From Felis catus (taxonomy: Eukaryota): a stretch of DNA of 64,000 bases. Under the pieces are notes generated by a model, which was not told the DNA's origin, made no database searches, and saw nothing but the letters and a program-made list of their open reading frames with translations. The stretch lies in NCBI RefSeq assembly GCF_018350175.1, contig NC_058368.1, positions 192,264,001 through 192,328,000 of the forward strand, written 5' to 3'. Positions within the stretch are counted from its first letter, which is position 1. Every line of letters begins with the position of its first letter. Positions 42,716 to 55,119 of this stretch are shown here, in pieces. A program made the translations under genes and the position numbers.

Positions 42716-42859
42716 AGAAAGAAACTTGGAATTCCTTCACGTGAATGGTAGCTGATGAAGCTGTTGGGCATACATGAGGTGGTCTAAAGAGACAAGTAAG
42801 AAAACAAGAGGGCCCAGTCAGCCTTGGGGAAAGACCAACAGAGTTATTAAAAAAAGGAA

Positions 42860-43035
42860 CAGGAAAAGGGAAAGGAAAGAGAAAGAGAGGGAGGGGAGAG
42901 GAGGGAAGGGAAAGGAGAGGGAAAAGGAAAGGGAAAGGGAAAAGGAAAGGGAAAGGGAAAGGAAGGAAGAAAAGAAATAGAAATAGGAAGAAAACAAGGA
43001 CATGTGTATGTGTCTATGTATGTATATGTATAGAC

Positions 43036-43094
<59 letters not shown>
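42860..43094. repeat. Purine-rich (GGGAAA)n-like tract followed by (TG)n(TA)n microsatellite
   Basis: Seen directly. Confidence 0.9.
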
Positions 43095-43097
<3 letters not shown>

Positions 43098-43439
43098 GTT
43101 ACTTATCTTGTTAAGGAGACATGACCCCCACGTTCTTAAAATGGACATGTTACACTCTCTGTTGTGGGATAAAAATTAAAAAGTTTATTTTACAAGGTTA
43201 GACACTGTAGACATTGGGTATTTACTAGCCTCTCTTGTTTGTCCCAATTAAGGAAATTACAATTTGAATATGTGCTCTTAGTAACTCTTTGGCTAATTAT
43301 GTAGATTATGTACAAGTTGTAAAATTAGAACATTTTAAACTAGGGATTTTTTTTCTCATGCTGTCATCATTGATTTGTAAGATATGCAGAGAGAAGAACA
43401 GTGTGCTTTTAGTCAAGATTGGTTTGTTTTGCTTTCTAG

Positions 43440-43513
43440 TACAAATTGCCTGTACACACAGAGGTCAGCTGGAAAGCAGATGGCAAAATCATGGCCCTTG
43501 GCAACGAAGATGG
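43440..43513 (+). CDS. GEMIN5: GEMIN5 exon 12 ([25 protein letters not shown])
   Basis: AG/GT, 74 nt. Confidence 0.94.
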
Positions 43514-44194
43514 GTATGTGTTTGTTTCTTAAAAAAACACAAATTCAGAAAACTTTGTTTTTGTATGTATTACACATTTGATCAAAAGCTGACTAATGCC
43601 ATCTATAGTTTTAGTTGGGGTAGTCTAGTTGAATATGATATTCTGATCTGTCCTTAATATCCTTGAATGATCTGGAAGCTCTTTGTATTTTTGAGAATGC
43701 AAAATAAGTTGGGTATTTTCAGTCTAAAGAAATGTTTGCCCATTCAGTGTTTCAGCTGTGTTATGCTTCACAAAATGTTGGTCTGCACTGAAATGCATAA
43801 ATCGTCCTTCATTTTTTTAAACTAAGCCTGGGAAGAAATGGTTTTTAGACCTCACCATGCTCTTTCCAAATGTTGATCCTAATTACATAGTCCTAATTTA
43901 GCCATTGGCTCATTAATTCTTTTAGCTTTTCCATAGCACCGTTTATTACAAGAGCCTGATAAACACAACTGCTGCCCAGAGATTGATGGGATTTTTTCAA
44001 AACTGAATACATTTGTTTAAAAAAACAACTTTTTGGTTTTGGCTCTCTATAAGAGAGTGACCTCTGCAGTGATAGATAGGGTTATCCTATTCCATTTCAC
44101 CTTTAGTTGAGTGATGGAATGAGGGAGATACTTGTTTGCATTAGATTGTAATTTGACCATCCATCTTTCTTGTCTCATGGGTTTGTGACTCCAG

Positions 44195-44376
44195 ATCGAT
44201 AGAAATATTTCAAGTTCCCAACCTGAAACTGATATGTACCATCCAGCAGCATCACAAGCTTGTGAATACCATTAGCTGGCATCATGAGCACGGCAGTCAG
44301 CCGGAGCTGAGCTATCTGATGGCCTCTGGGTCCAACAATGCGGTCATTTATGTGCACAACCTGAAGACTGTCATAG
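44195..44376 (+). CDS. GEMIN5: GEMIN5 exon 13 ([21 protein letters not shown]...NLKTVI)
   Basis: AG/GT, 182 nt. Confidence 0.95.
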
Positions 44377-44661
44377 GTAACTTTGCTTTCTTACATCCTG
44401 GGGCCATATGTGTTCAGCTATTCTGCATTCCAAGTTTTGTACCTTTTTACTTATTTTTTGGTATTAAAATGTTATTCTTATTGTTGCTTCTGCTTTCAAA
44501 AGTAATATATTCATCTTACTTATAAGACAAAAATTTCAAACATGACAAAAAGGTTAACTTAAAAAATGAAGTTCCTCCCATAATAACATCCCTCAGTCAT
44601 AACCAGCATGATTAGTTTGCTGAATGTTTTCTCCAGTTTTTTTTTCAGTACTGTTACTGCT

Positions 44662-44905
44662 GGGCACCTGGGTGGCTCAGTCTGTTAAACCTCCAACTTT
44701 GGCTCAGGTCATGATTTCACAGTTCGTGGGTTCATGCCCCGTGTTGGGCTCTGTGCTGACAGCTCAGAGCCGGGAGCCTTCTTCAGGTTCTGTGTCTCCC
44801 TCTCTCCATGCCCCTCCCCTGCTCGCGTGTGGTGTCTCTCTCTCTCTCTCTCAAAAATAAATAAACATTTTAAAAAGTTTTTTAGTAAAATAAAAATAAA
44901 AAAAA
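44662..44905 (+). mobile_element. Carnivore SINE
   Basis: SINEC motifs; approximate TSD agta(c/t)tgtta(c/t)tgct. Confidence 0.88.
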
Positions 44906-45855
44906 TAATAGAGTATTGTTATTGCTAAGTGGCTCCAAAAAGATTGTGCCAGTTTATACCCTCTTCCTTCAGTGTTTGAGTATTTTACACACACATCCCA
45001 TTCCCATGTTTGACTGTATCTAATTCTCATGGTCCTGTGAGGTAGACTGTGTTAGCCACATTTTCCTGATGTTTAAATTGAGGCCCAGAGAAGTTAGCTT
45101 AACTTCCTAAAGTCCCATAGCTAGTGTGGAGGGGAGCCTAGATTCAAGCCTGATTGCAGAACCTATGTGTTCTGGTAAGTACTATTCCTGCCTAGCAGGT
45201 TGATCTTTTTCACATTTCCATGACTTATTCCTTAAGGAGTCTTTGACCCTTCTCAGCACCCACAAAAACCATAATAGGTGGTTAGAAGAGCCCTTTTTTT
45301 TAATACAAAAGAAGTGCGATTACTTCTTTCCTAATATGAAGAAATTATAATCTGACACTGTGCTGTTTGAAGAGTAGTGCCAAGTATGTGCTGTGAAAAT
45401 AGTGAAAACAGTTGACATTTTCATTTTCTCTAGAATTTCCAGTAGTTTTCTGAGAATCCTTATCTGTAACAACAAAAAATGATTCCAGCAGTGGTTCTCT
45501 CAAGTTAAAAGCAAATGGAAAACTATTAAAGTATAGACAGATTTTCCTAACAATAAGTAGTAGACAGTAACTAATGAGCATGATATGTTAGAAAGCTTAT
45601 CCTGGTCTTTATCATTATTATCGGGATGCCAAGTTAAGCATCCACTTCGGCTGAGGGCATTGACTTAATTCCTCAGAGCAATGCAGATCTTTGTCTACTT
45701 TAACACTAATATCTTAGCTTGTTTTTTATTTTTTATCTACTGAATAATAGAACAAGAAAAAAAGTTGGCCAGAATCAATATCCCTTTCAGACTGGGAACT
45801 CTCATACTCTTGTTCAAACGTTCAACAGCTATTAACATTTTGTCATATTTGCTTG

Positions 45856-46524
<669 letters not shown>

Positions 46525-46789
46525 ATAATTGCTGCTTGGTTCTCTATGTGTCTGTGTATGTACTTTTCCCAAACCTTTTGTGTTGAATGCGTCATTCTCT
46601 CCATGTCCCTTAATATTTGTGTATTTTGTAAGAATAAGGATATTCCCTTACAATCCACAATTCCACTATCAACTGTAGTTAATTTAACAATATACAGTGG
46701 TTTAATCTATCATCCATATTCTAGTTTTGTTGATTGATCCAATAATATCCTTTATATCTAGAATAGTTTCTCAGCCCTTTTTCATTTTT

Positions 46790-47075
46790 AAACTGTATTT
46801 ATTTTTGAGATAGCACACGCATGAGCAAGGGAGGGGCAGAGAGAGAGAGGACAAGGAGAATCCCAAGCAGGCTCCACACTCAGCATGGAGCCCAATGAGG
46901 GGCTCAATCTCATGACCATGAGACCACGACCTAAGTCAAAATTAAGAATCGGATGCTCAATCGAGCCACCCAGGCGCAAAGTCCAACATGAGGCTTGGTC
47001 TCAGGAGCTGAGAGATCATGACCTGAGCCAAAATCAAGAGTCAGATGCTTAAATGACTGGACTACCCAGGAGCCC
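46790..47075 (-). mobile_element. Carnivore SINE plus an adjacent second SINE 5' fragment
   Basis: Antisense SINEC motifs. Confidence 0.83.
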
Positions 47076-47460
47076 TATAGCCATTTTGTTTTTAATCTTT
47101 GAAGAATATTGCCCTGTTATTTTGTAGATGCCCCTTTAATCTGGTGTTTTTCTTATAGATTCAGATTATATATCTTTAGCTACCATAAAAGTGATGATAC
47201 ATCCTCCTTGGTACCATATGCAAAAGGCATTATTTTCACTTTGGTGGCTTTTGAAAAGACAAAATGACAGCTAACAATGCAGTAAACCCATATGCCAAGC
47301 ACTGTGGACATGCCCACAGTCTTAACCAATAAATAACATTGCCTGCTGAAAGTCATCTAGAAAGCATATGGCAAAATCTTGACTCTCCACAATAATACCT
47401 TCCTCTGGGTCTTTTTGTTGTTGGCTGTTGATAGAAATGTCATCTTTCCTTGTCTCTTAG

Positions 47461-47600
47461 AGAGCAATCCTGAATCTCCAGTGACCATTACAGAGCCCTA
47501 CCGGACCCTGTCAGGGCACACAGCCAAGATTACCAGTGTGGCATGGAGCCCACATCATGATGGAAGGCTGGTATCTGCTTCCTACGATGGTACAGCTCAG
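47461..47600 (+). CDS. GEMIN5: GEMIN5 exon 14 ([29 protein letters not shown]...YDGTAQ)
   Basis: AG/GT, 140 nt, WD40 repeat. Confidence 0.95.
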
Positions 47601-48484
47601 GTACTATTGTGTCCTTGATTCTGTGGGTTCCTCACCACATACTCTAATTTGAACTCTTTCCTCTTTTCCCCCAGTTGTGTACATTCTTTTCCTCACCATT
47701 ATCTTGTACAGAAAGGGATATTCTGAGCTCTAGAAAACATCCCACATATCTGGGACTTTGGCAGGCTAAGATTGTTTTTTGGGGGGTTTTGGGGTTTTTT
47801 TTTTTACTTAGATGAAAGGGAAAGTATTGATAGGGAACTAGCTAAATTCTAGTATCTTTTAAGATTTCATTCTTACTGTCATAAGATGGGCTAAATTGAT
47901 GTGAGAAGTACCTGTTCCTGTCTTAAACACAAATGGCTATAAATCATGAACAATTTTTTTAATAATAAATTGTAAGTCAGAAATCTTCAGGTTGGAAGAA
48001 ATAAAAGTGAGATGCCAAGCCTGAGCTATGAGATAGGACTTTCAGATATCAGAACCAGAATAGACATTAGTAACTAGAGAGCTAATAATCTCTGTGATGG
48101 ATGTCAGTCTCTGTTGAGTTGTAATTGAGTTATCTGCACAAACCAAGAAGCCATGAAGGGCTGCCCTCTGTGAAATGGAGACTGGAGTAATTCAAGAAAC
48201 AGTAAGGAAATTGATCATTTGCCAAGAAATGGGGCAGAAGAATCACCTGCAAAAAATTAGAACTGTAAGCATGGACTACACATGCAGCTGTGAGTTCTGA
48301 ATTAGAATTCTCATGACACAGGAAATACCATTTCTGAAATTTGAACACCTAAGAGGAAATAATAAGTCATAAGAGTAAACAAGAGTACACAGATTTGTTT
48401 AAATCTTTTTAAATTTATACCTGCTCCCCAAAGCAATAGAATAACCAAAAATTATCTATGCTGTCATGTGGCTTTTGGTTTTAG

Positions 48485-48656
48485 GTGTGGGATACTCTCA
48501 GAGAAGAGCCTCTGTGCAACTTCCGAGGACATCGAGGTCGACTGCTTTGTGTGGCATGGTCCCCACTGGATCCAGACTGCATCTACTCAGGGGCAGATGA
48601 CTTCTGTGTGTACAAATGGCTCACTCCCATGCAAGAACATTCTCGGCCTCCTCAAG
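48485..48656 (+). CDS. GEMIN5: GEMIN5 exon 15 ([26 protein letters not shown]...SRPPQ)
   Basis: AG/GT, 172 nt, last WD40 repeat. Confidence 0.95.
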
Positions 48657-48753
48657 GTCAGTCAGAACTGGGAGCCCATAAATGCTTGCCTACTTCCCTT
48701 TCTCCCTACCTCAGTAACTAAGTTGATCAGGCTCAAGCAAAGAGGACATTCAT

Positions 48754-48799
48754 GTAGGGCTCTGTAATGGTCACTGGAGATTCAGGATTGCTCTCTAAG
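48754..48799 (-). repeat. Perfect 46-bp inverted copy of 47456-47501 (GEMIN5 exon-14 acceptor plus first 41 exon nt)
   Basis: gtagggctctgtaatggtcactggagattcaggattgctctctaag is the exact reverse complement of cttagagagcaatcctgaatctccagtgaccattacagagccctac. Confidence 0.97.
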
Positions 48800-49234
48800 G
48801 TGGCAGCAACAGCATGGCACGGGTTGCTTTCCTAATCAAGGAAGGCAGCCATGAGGGGCCTAAGGACAACATCCAAATAGTGTCGAGTAGACCTATGCCC
48901 ACATCTTGGTTTCTAGATAGCATTCTCTGTTAAGAGAGACTAACCAGGGCTTCTTGGAGAAATGGCTAATTCCAGGTTGAGCCAGGAAAAATACAAGATG
49001 GGCCTGGCACATCATCCAATGCCACAAAGGAAGGAGATGTCCAAAGAACTGAGATCTGTCAAGAGGACAAAGAAGCCAGCTTGCAGGGGCTCCCACTAAC
49101 CAAATCTGAGACAGTCTGAACTTGAAAATAATGAACAGAAGAACTCCCTGGCTAGCAAAGATTAACTGATACCAGTTATATATTAAACAACTAAAAATGT
49201 GCCTAAATAAATGAAATGATCTATCCACATGATG

Positions 49235-49269
<35 letters not shown>

Positions 49270-49272
<3 letters not shown>

Positions 49273-49750
49273 GCTCATGGTAGCTTTATCTGTAATGAAC
49301 ACAAACTGGAAACAACCCACATGTCAATTGGCACAGTAAATACACTGGTATATCCCTACAGTGGAATTATCAGTACTGTACTATCAGTACAGTAGTTATC
49401 AGTAACTACTGATAAACATAGCAAAATGTGTGAATCCCAAAAAAATGTTCCACTGAACAAAAGATGCCAGGCACAAAAGAATGCATGCTATGTAATTCTA
49501 ATGTACAGTCAGAAACACAAGTATCTACAATATGAAATTCTAAAAAGGCAAAACTATAGTGACAGCAGATGAGTGACTGCCTGGGACTCAGGAAGGGGGT
49601 GCATCTTACTGCAAAGAGGCATGAGGAAATGAGATAATGGAAATATTTTATTCGCAGTGGTGAGTTACATGACTATACATCTGTCAAAACTCATCGAAGT
49701 ATTAAAAAGTGGGTATATTGTGTTAAACTATACCTCAATAAAGACGACTT
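49270..49750 (+). mobile_element. Old L1M(B/C) 3' fragment
   Basis: aactggaaacaaccc...gtcaaaactcatcgaa...tatacctcaataaa. Confidence 0.7.
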
Positions 49751-49817
49751 AAAAAGCAAGGGATAAATGCTTTAAAACTTAAAAAATAAATAAATAGTAA
49801 TGGATTAAAACTAACTA

Positions 49818-50285
49818 GGGGGGGGCGCCTGGGTGGCGCAGTCGGTTAAGCGTCCGACTTCAGCCAGGTCACGATCTCGCGGTCCGGGAGTTCGAGCCCC
49901 GCGTGGGGCTCTGGGCTGATGGCTCAGAGCCTGGAGCCTGTTTCCGATTCTGTGTCTCCCTCTCTCTCTGCCCCTCCCCCGTTCATGCTCTGTCTCTCTC
50001 TGTCCCAAAAATAAATAAACGTTGAAAAAAAAATTTAAAAAAAAAAAAACAAAAAAAAACAAAAACAACTAACTAGGGGGCACCTGCCTGTCTCAGTCGG
50101 TTAAGCATCTGACTCTTGATTTAGGCTTAGGTCACGATCTCACAGTTCATGAGTTTGAGCACCGCGTCGGGCTCTGCGCTGATCACGCAGAGCCTGCTTA
50201 GGAATCTCTCCCTCTCTCTCTGCTCCTCCCCTGCTCATTGTTGCTGTCTAAAAATAAATAAATGAACTTAAAAATTAAAAAAAAA
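49818..50285 (+). mobile_element. Young SINEC_Fc (~49818-50060) inserted at the head of an older SINE (~50076-50285)
   Basis: Near-consensus CpG-rich copy; TSD aactaactagggg. Confidence 0.9.
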
Positions 50286-51010
50286 TAGGAATCCATGAGT
50301 CCCTATTGGGGGGGTGGGTAATGAAGGTCTAAATAAACGGGGAAACAAAAGCTCTTTACAGAATGCCAACTAATGAATGTAGAATGAATGATGGAATTAG
50401 AAAATTACCATTCAGCCATCATGGTAACAGTTTTTTGTCAAGAAACATCGGTGGATAGTAAAACTAGTGGACACAAACTTATTAATTACAAAGGGAAAAT
50501 AAGTTTTCAGGGAGAAACCTGCCCCCTTAATGTAGTGATGGAAGTAAACAAATAATGAGACAAGTAGAAACTATGTGCTACCCACTGTGTTACATTGACA
50601 GCATCACTCCTATGTATTCCAACCCCAAATGTAAAACCTAAATTTAATCATAGCAGACATCAGGCGGTGGGGGAAATCAACAAAATAACAGCCCTGTAAT
50701 CTTAAAAGTTTCAAGTCATGCAAATTAACAGGAAAACGAGCCTCCTCCAGACTGAAGGGAACTAGAGAGATGTAACAAGCAAGTTCATCATGTAATCCTG
50801 GATTGATTCCTTTTGCCATAAAAGACATTCTTGGTACAACTGGCAGAACTTGAATACAGTCTGTGGAGTAGACAGTAGTAATGCATTGATGTTAATTTCT
50901 TGATTTTCTTGGTTGTGTTGTGGTAATGTAGGAGAATGTCCCTGTGTGTAGGATACACACTATAAGTATTCAAGGATAATTGGGCATCATATTCATGGTT
51001 TAATGAAATC
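50285..51010 (+). mobile_element. Old L1MC-type 3'UTR fragment
   Basis: Motifs resembling the L1MC 3' end. Confidence 0.55.
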
Positions 51011-51191
51011 CTAAAAGGGTTTGGTATGGTTAACTTTTTGATACTCTAACTCTAAAAATTCATGGGGAAGGAAGAGAAGTGGTGAGAATACTATCAAAAA
51101 AAAGAGTGAGGACGTTTTAGAGATTGTCTCCTAGAGTGCTTTTAACCAAGAATCTGTACTTTACCTTTTGTCTTAATCGCGATACCTCTAG

Positions 51192-51419
51192 GTAAGAAAA
51201 GTATTGAATTAGAGAAAAAAAGGCTCTCTCAACCTAAGCCAAAGCCCAAAAAGAAGAAAAAGCCCACCTCGAGAGCTCCTGTAAAGCAGGATGTGTATGA
51301 CGGGAATGAAGACGAGAGCATCAGGGAGAGCTCGGGACCTGTTGAGAACGGTCTGTCGGACCAGGAGGGTGAGGAGGAAGCCCGGGAGCCAGAGCTACCC
51401 AGTAGCATCATCTCAGTGG
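51192..51419 (+). CDS. GEMIN5: GEMIN5 exon 16 ([24 protein letters not shown]...SSIISV), basic/acidic linker
   Basis: AG/GT, 228 nt, open and in phase. Confidence 0.93.
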
Positions 51420-52443
51420 GTATGTGGCCAAATCCTGTGTTTCGTGGACTCTCTAGGACTTTATAGTCATGACCAGGGAACTAAGCCAGGTCCTTACTCA
51501 GTTTGAAATTTCTCTGTCTCTGACCTATGTATTGTCCCATCTCTGTAACTTAAACTGTATCTTTGGTGCCGTTAGAAACTCCATTCATTTCTTAAAAGGT
51601 TATCTTAAGCCTCTACACCCCTTTGAAGTGGTAAAGTGGATCTGGTGGAAGACTGGGATCGAAATAGTGAAGGTCTTTAGAGAAAACTTCTTAGCACCTT
51701 GGGCAGGATAAGACTGTGGGGCAAAGTGAAACCAGGGCAGTTTACTCATAGAAACTGACATGGGAAAAGTTTTCACAGTATCACATCTAGCCACAGTTAT
51801 TGAAAGAAACCACTGCCCCTTACCAGCATCTGACCTAGAAGCTACCGCCACCCTGGGAAAAGGTTAGGAAAATAAAGAGCTAAAGGCTTAATGGATTTAT
51901 TTTTTTAGGCTCATCAAAATGCCTTTATATCACAGAATGGTTGTACAAAATGTTCTTTACCCCTGTATACCAGCCGCTGGGTTGTTGTTTTTTTTTTTTC
52001 CCCCAGCTGGGCTTTTTTTTTAAAGTTCATGGTTGTGTGTGCTCAGGACTGTGACTCCATATCACATACCCTTAATAATTTCTATTAGTAAAGTTGTTCC
52101 TTGTTTGTGTAATTAAATATATACACTTAATACTTTGTTACCTAAATATGTAACAAGTCTTTTGTCATCTGAGCAAGGTTTCAGAATTCCTGGGCCTATG
52201 GTATAAAGTTGTGGCAGCTGGAAACTTACAATTTCTCCTGAGATCAATCAGTCAGAGTTCTAAGACTTAGACATTTTGTGAGGTGGGAAAAGGGAGACTA
52301 CCCATGTTTCCTTTTGAAAGTATTTTATCTCATGTTATGGAATACATAAATAATATTAAGCCTGGTTTAGTTCTTAATCATTAAAAAGAACTAGACTCTA
52401 TATTGTTCTCCTCCAAACTTTTTCTTTATCTCCTATGATACAG

Positions 52444-52557
52444 CTTCTAGAGAACCAGTTACCTGCACTCCGGTTTCCATAGGTTTTGAAAAGTCAAAAA
52501 TCACTGTTAATAACAAAGTCACAATACTGAAAAAGGAGCCACCTAAAGAGAAGTCAG
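52444..52557 (+). CDS. GEMIN5: GEMIN5 exon 17 ([18 protein letters not shown]...KEKS)
   Basis: AG/GT, 114 nt. Confidence 0.92.
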
Positions 52558-53018
52558 GTTGGTGTCTAATGGTTAAAGTATTTTGTTAAAGCATCCTCAA
52601 ATATTACATGCAACTGAAAACAGTCAAAAATGTTTGGTTTTTATTGTTGTTGGTTGGTTATTAGGATTTTTGTTTGTTTCTTGGGTTTTAAATGTTTGTG
52701 TTTTGATTATTTCAATTTTGGGTCATGCTTTTAAACATTTTTAGCACTTAAACAATTTTAAACATTTTTTTTAACGTTTTCATGAGGAAGTGTCATTTTG
52801 CAACTGTTGATAATGCTTCACAGGGGTTCACAGGGGCGTGTTGTGTGTGTGTTGTACACACTGCCCCCAGCTAACTTAACCTGAAAGCTTCTTCTTAAGT
52901 AGCAAATTTTCTGATGAGTGGCATTATCCCTCCAGTAGGTTACAGTCGCACAATGGCCATCCCGTTTGTGATTCTGATCAGCTCTTCTTAGACCATCTAT
53001 ATTTTTATTACATTTCAG

Positions 53019-53141
53019 AATCCATAACCAAGAAGCGAAAAGCTCGTTCCATGCTTCCACTGACTACCAGCCTGGACCACAGGTCTAAAGAGGAGCTTCA
53101 TCAGGACTGTCTGGTATTAGCAACGGCAAAACACTCCAAAG
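53019..53141 (+). CDS. GEMIN5: GEMIN5 exon 18 ([14 protein letters not shown]...AKHSK)
   Basis: AG/GT, 123 nt. Confidence 0.94.
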
Positions 53142-53989
53142 GTACAAAAATACACTCCCTTGGCCCATCCATAGTCTTCTGGGAACTAGCACATAAGAGG
53201 CGCTTGCTTGTATATTTGTTGGATGAATGAGCACACAAATGTCTAGAGTTGTTTATATTTCTAAATTCTTTTCCAACCTTCCATCCCCCCCATGGCCCCA
53301 CCGCCAGGCTCCCCCGTGCCTTTGCGATGTAGTGCTCTGACTTATTGTTCTAAATCCAGTTGTCACCAGCCATCTATGTGCCGGAATTGGTATGATGGCT
53401 TAAATACCTCAGCATGAATCAACTCCTTCAACTATTTTCCCCCCGGGAAAACAGTATCTTCAATTAGAAAAAAAAGTATTTCCTTGTTGGAAATATACCC
53501 ATAATATGGCAGTTCCTTTTTTTGGATTTGGTGGAAGTTTTTGTTATAGAAGGGTTTTTTTTATTTTACTTTTGCAAAGCTCTCATTTAAGGCCCATTAT
53601 TTTGATATTTGAACAGCTGTATTTTTTTGAATTTTACATGTTGAAAATAGATACACATGATAAAATGAAATTCAGAGCTTCAAAAAGAATGTAAATCCCC
53701 ATCCCACTCTGATACCCAATCCTCACATTTCCCCTCAAGACCACACTGTTAACAGTTTTTGTCTCTCTCCAGAAATATTTTATGCTCTTCTTACATACAT
53801 AAGCCTCTTTTGGGGACTTTATCTTGACTTCCTGTAACTTACACACTTTATCATATAGCTTTACATTATTAACTTTACTGGAAAGTTACTCAGTTGACTT
53901 TTTAAAAACCAGAATGATTATTGAATCCCTTTGTGGTGGGTCCTAGTAAATGTTAAGGACATTTCTTATTGGGATTTGAGGTTGGCCTT

Positions 53990-54171
53990 TTTTTTTTTTT
54001 TTTTTTTTTGAGGCAGAGGAGGGGCAGAGAAATAGGGAGAGAGAGAGAATCCCAAGTAGGTTCCACACTCAGCATGGAGCCCAGCGAGGGGCTCAATCTC
54101 ACAACTGTGAGACCACTACCTGAGCAGAAATTAAGAGTCAGACACTCAAATCGAGCCACCCAGGTGCCCCT
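53990..54171 (-). mobile_element. Carnivore SINE
   Basis: Antisense SINEC motifs. Confidence 0.85.
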
Positions 54172-54441
54172 GGGGCTAGCTCTTTACATCCTCTTTCACC
54201 CCTTCCCCACCTTTATTTGAGCAAACTGCAGACTAAATTGTCTCACTGGATTTTGCCAAGGCTGAGCTTTAACACAGTGTTTTCATGTTTTGCTACCCTT
54301 GTAACCAGGAGGGGTCTCTGTTAGGGTAAACAAGGGCACAGGACTTCTCTTCACTGTCTGAAATGGGTCGTCTGGACACACATTTGGAAGTAATTGGACA
54401 GAAAACAGTAACCTCATTTTCTTGTCTTTTTGAATTCGCAG

Positions 54442-54537
54442 AGCTAAATGAGGACATGTCTGCTGATCTTGAGGAAAGATTTCACCTGGGACTTTTCACA
54501 GACAGGACTGCCCTGTACAGAATGATTGAAGTTGAAG
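54442..54537 (+). CDS. GEMIN5: GEMIN5 exon 19 ([21 protein letters not shown]...IEVE)
   Basis: AG/GT, 96 nt. Confidence 0.94.
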
Positions 54538-54915
54538 GTGAGGCAGGTCCAGTCAACATAACCCAGTCTGTCTCCATGCTTCCCTAATACTTTGTACACA
54601 CCTGTTTTATGGCTGCCATCCTGTGGCATCATACTGGTTGGTTTTACATTTCAACTAACTAGGTTTTGAGTTCCCCAATCTGCATATTCCCATATACCCC
54701 TTGCATCTCTCATAGGACCCTAAACATACAGTGTTCACTCTGAGTGTAAGTGAAAATGAGTGGGTGGACAAGGGACTGAGTGGGCTTTAAACCACATTAT
54801 GAACACTCTGAGAGATGACTCACCCATCAGCCAGCAACAACATATTACAGGAATTTGTTCCCCTCTTTTCATCCTGACTTTCTTTCTCTTAAAGTCTGTG
54901 CAGACAGGTTTCTGA

Positions 54916-55119
<204 letters not shown>

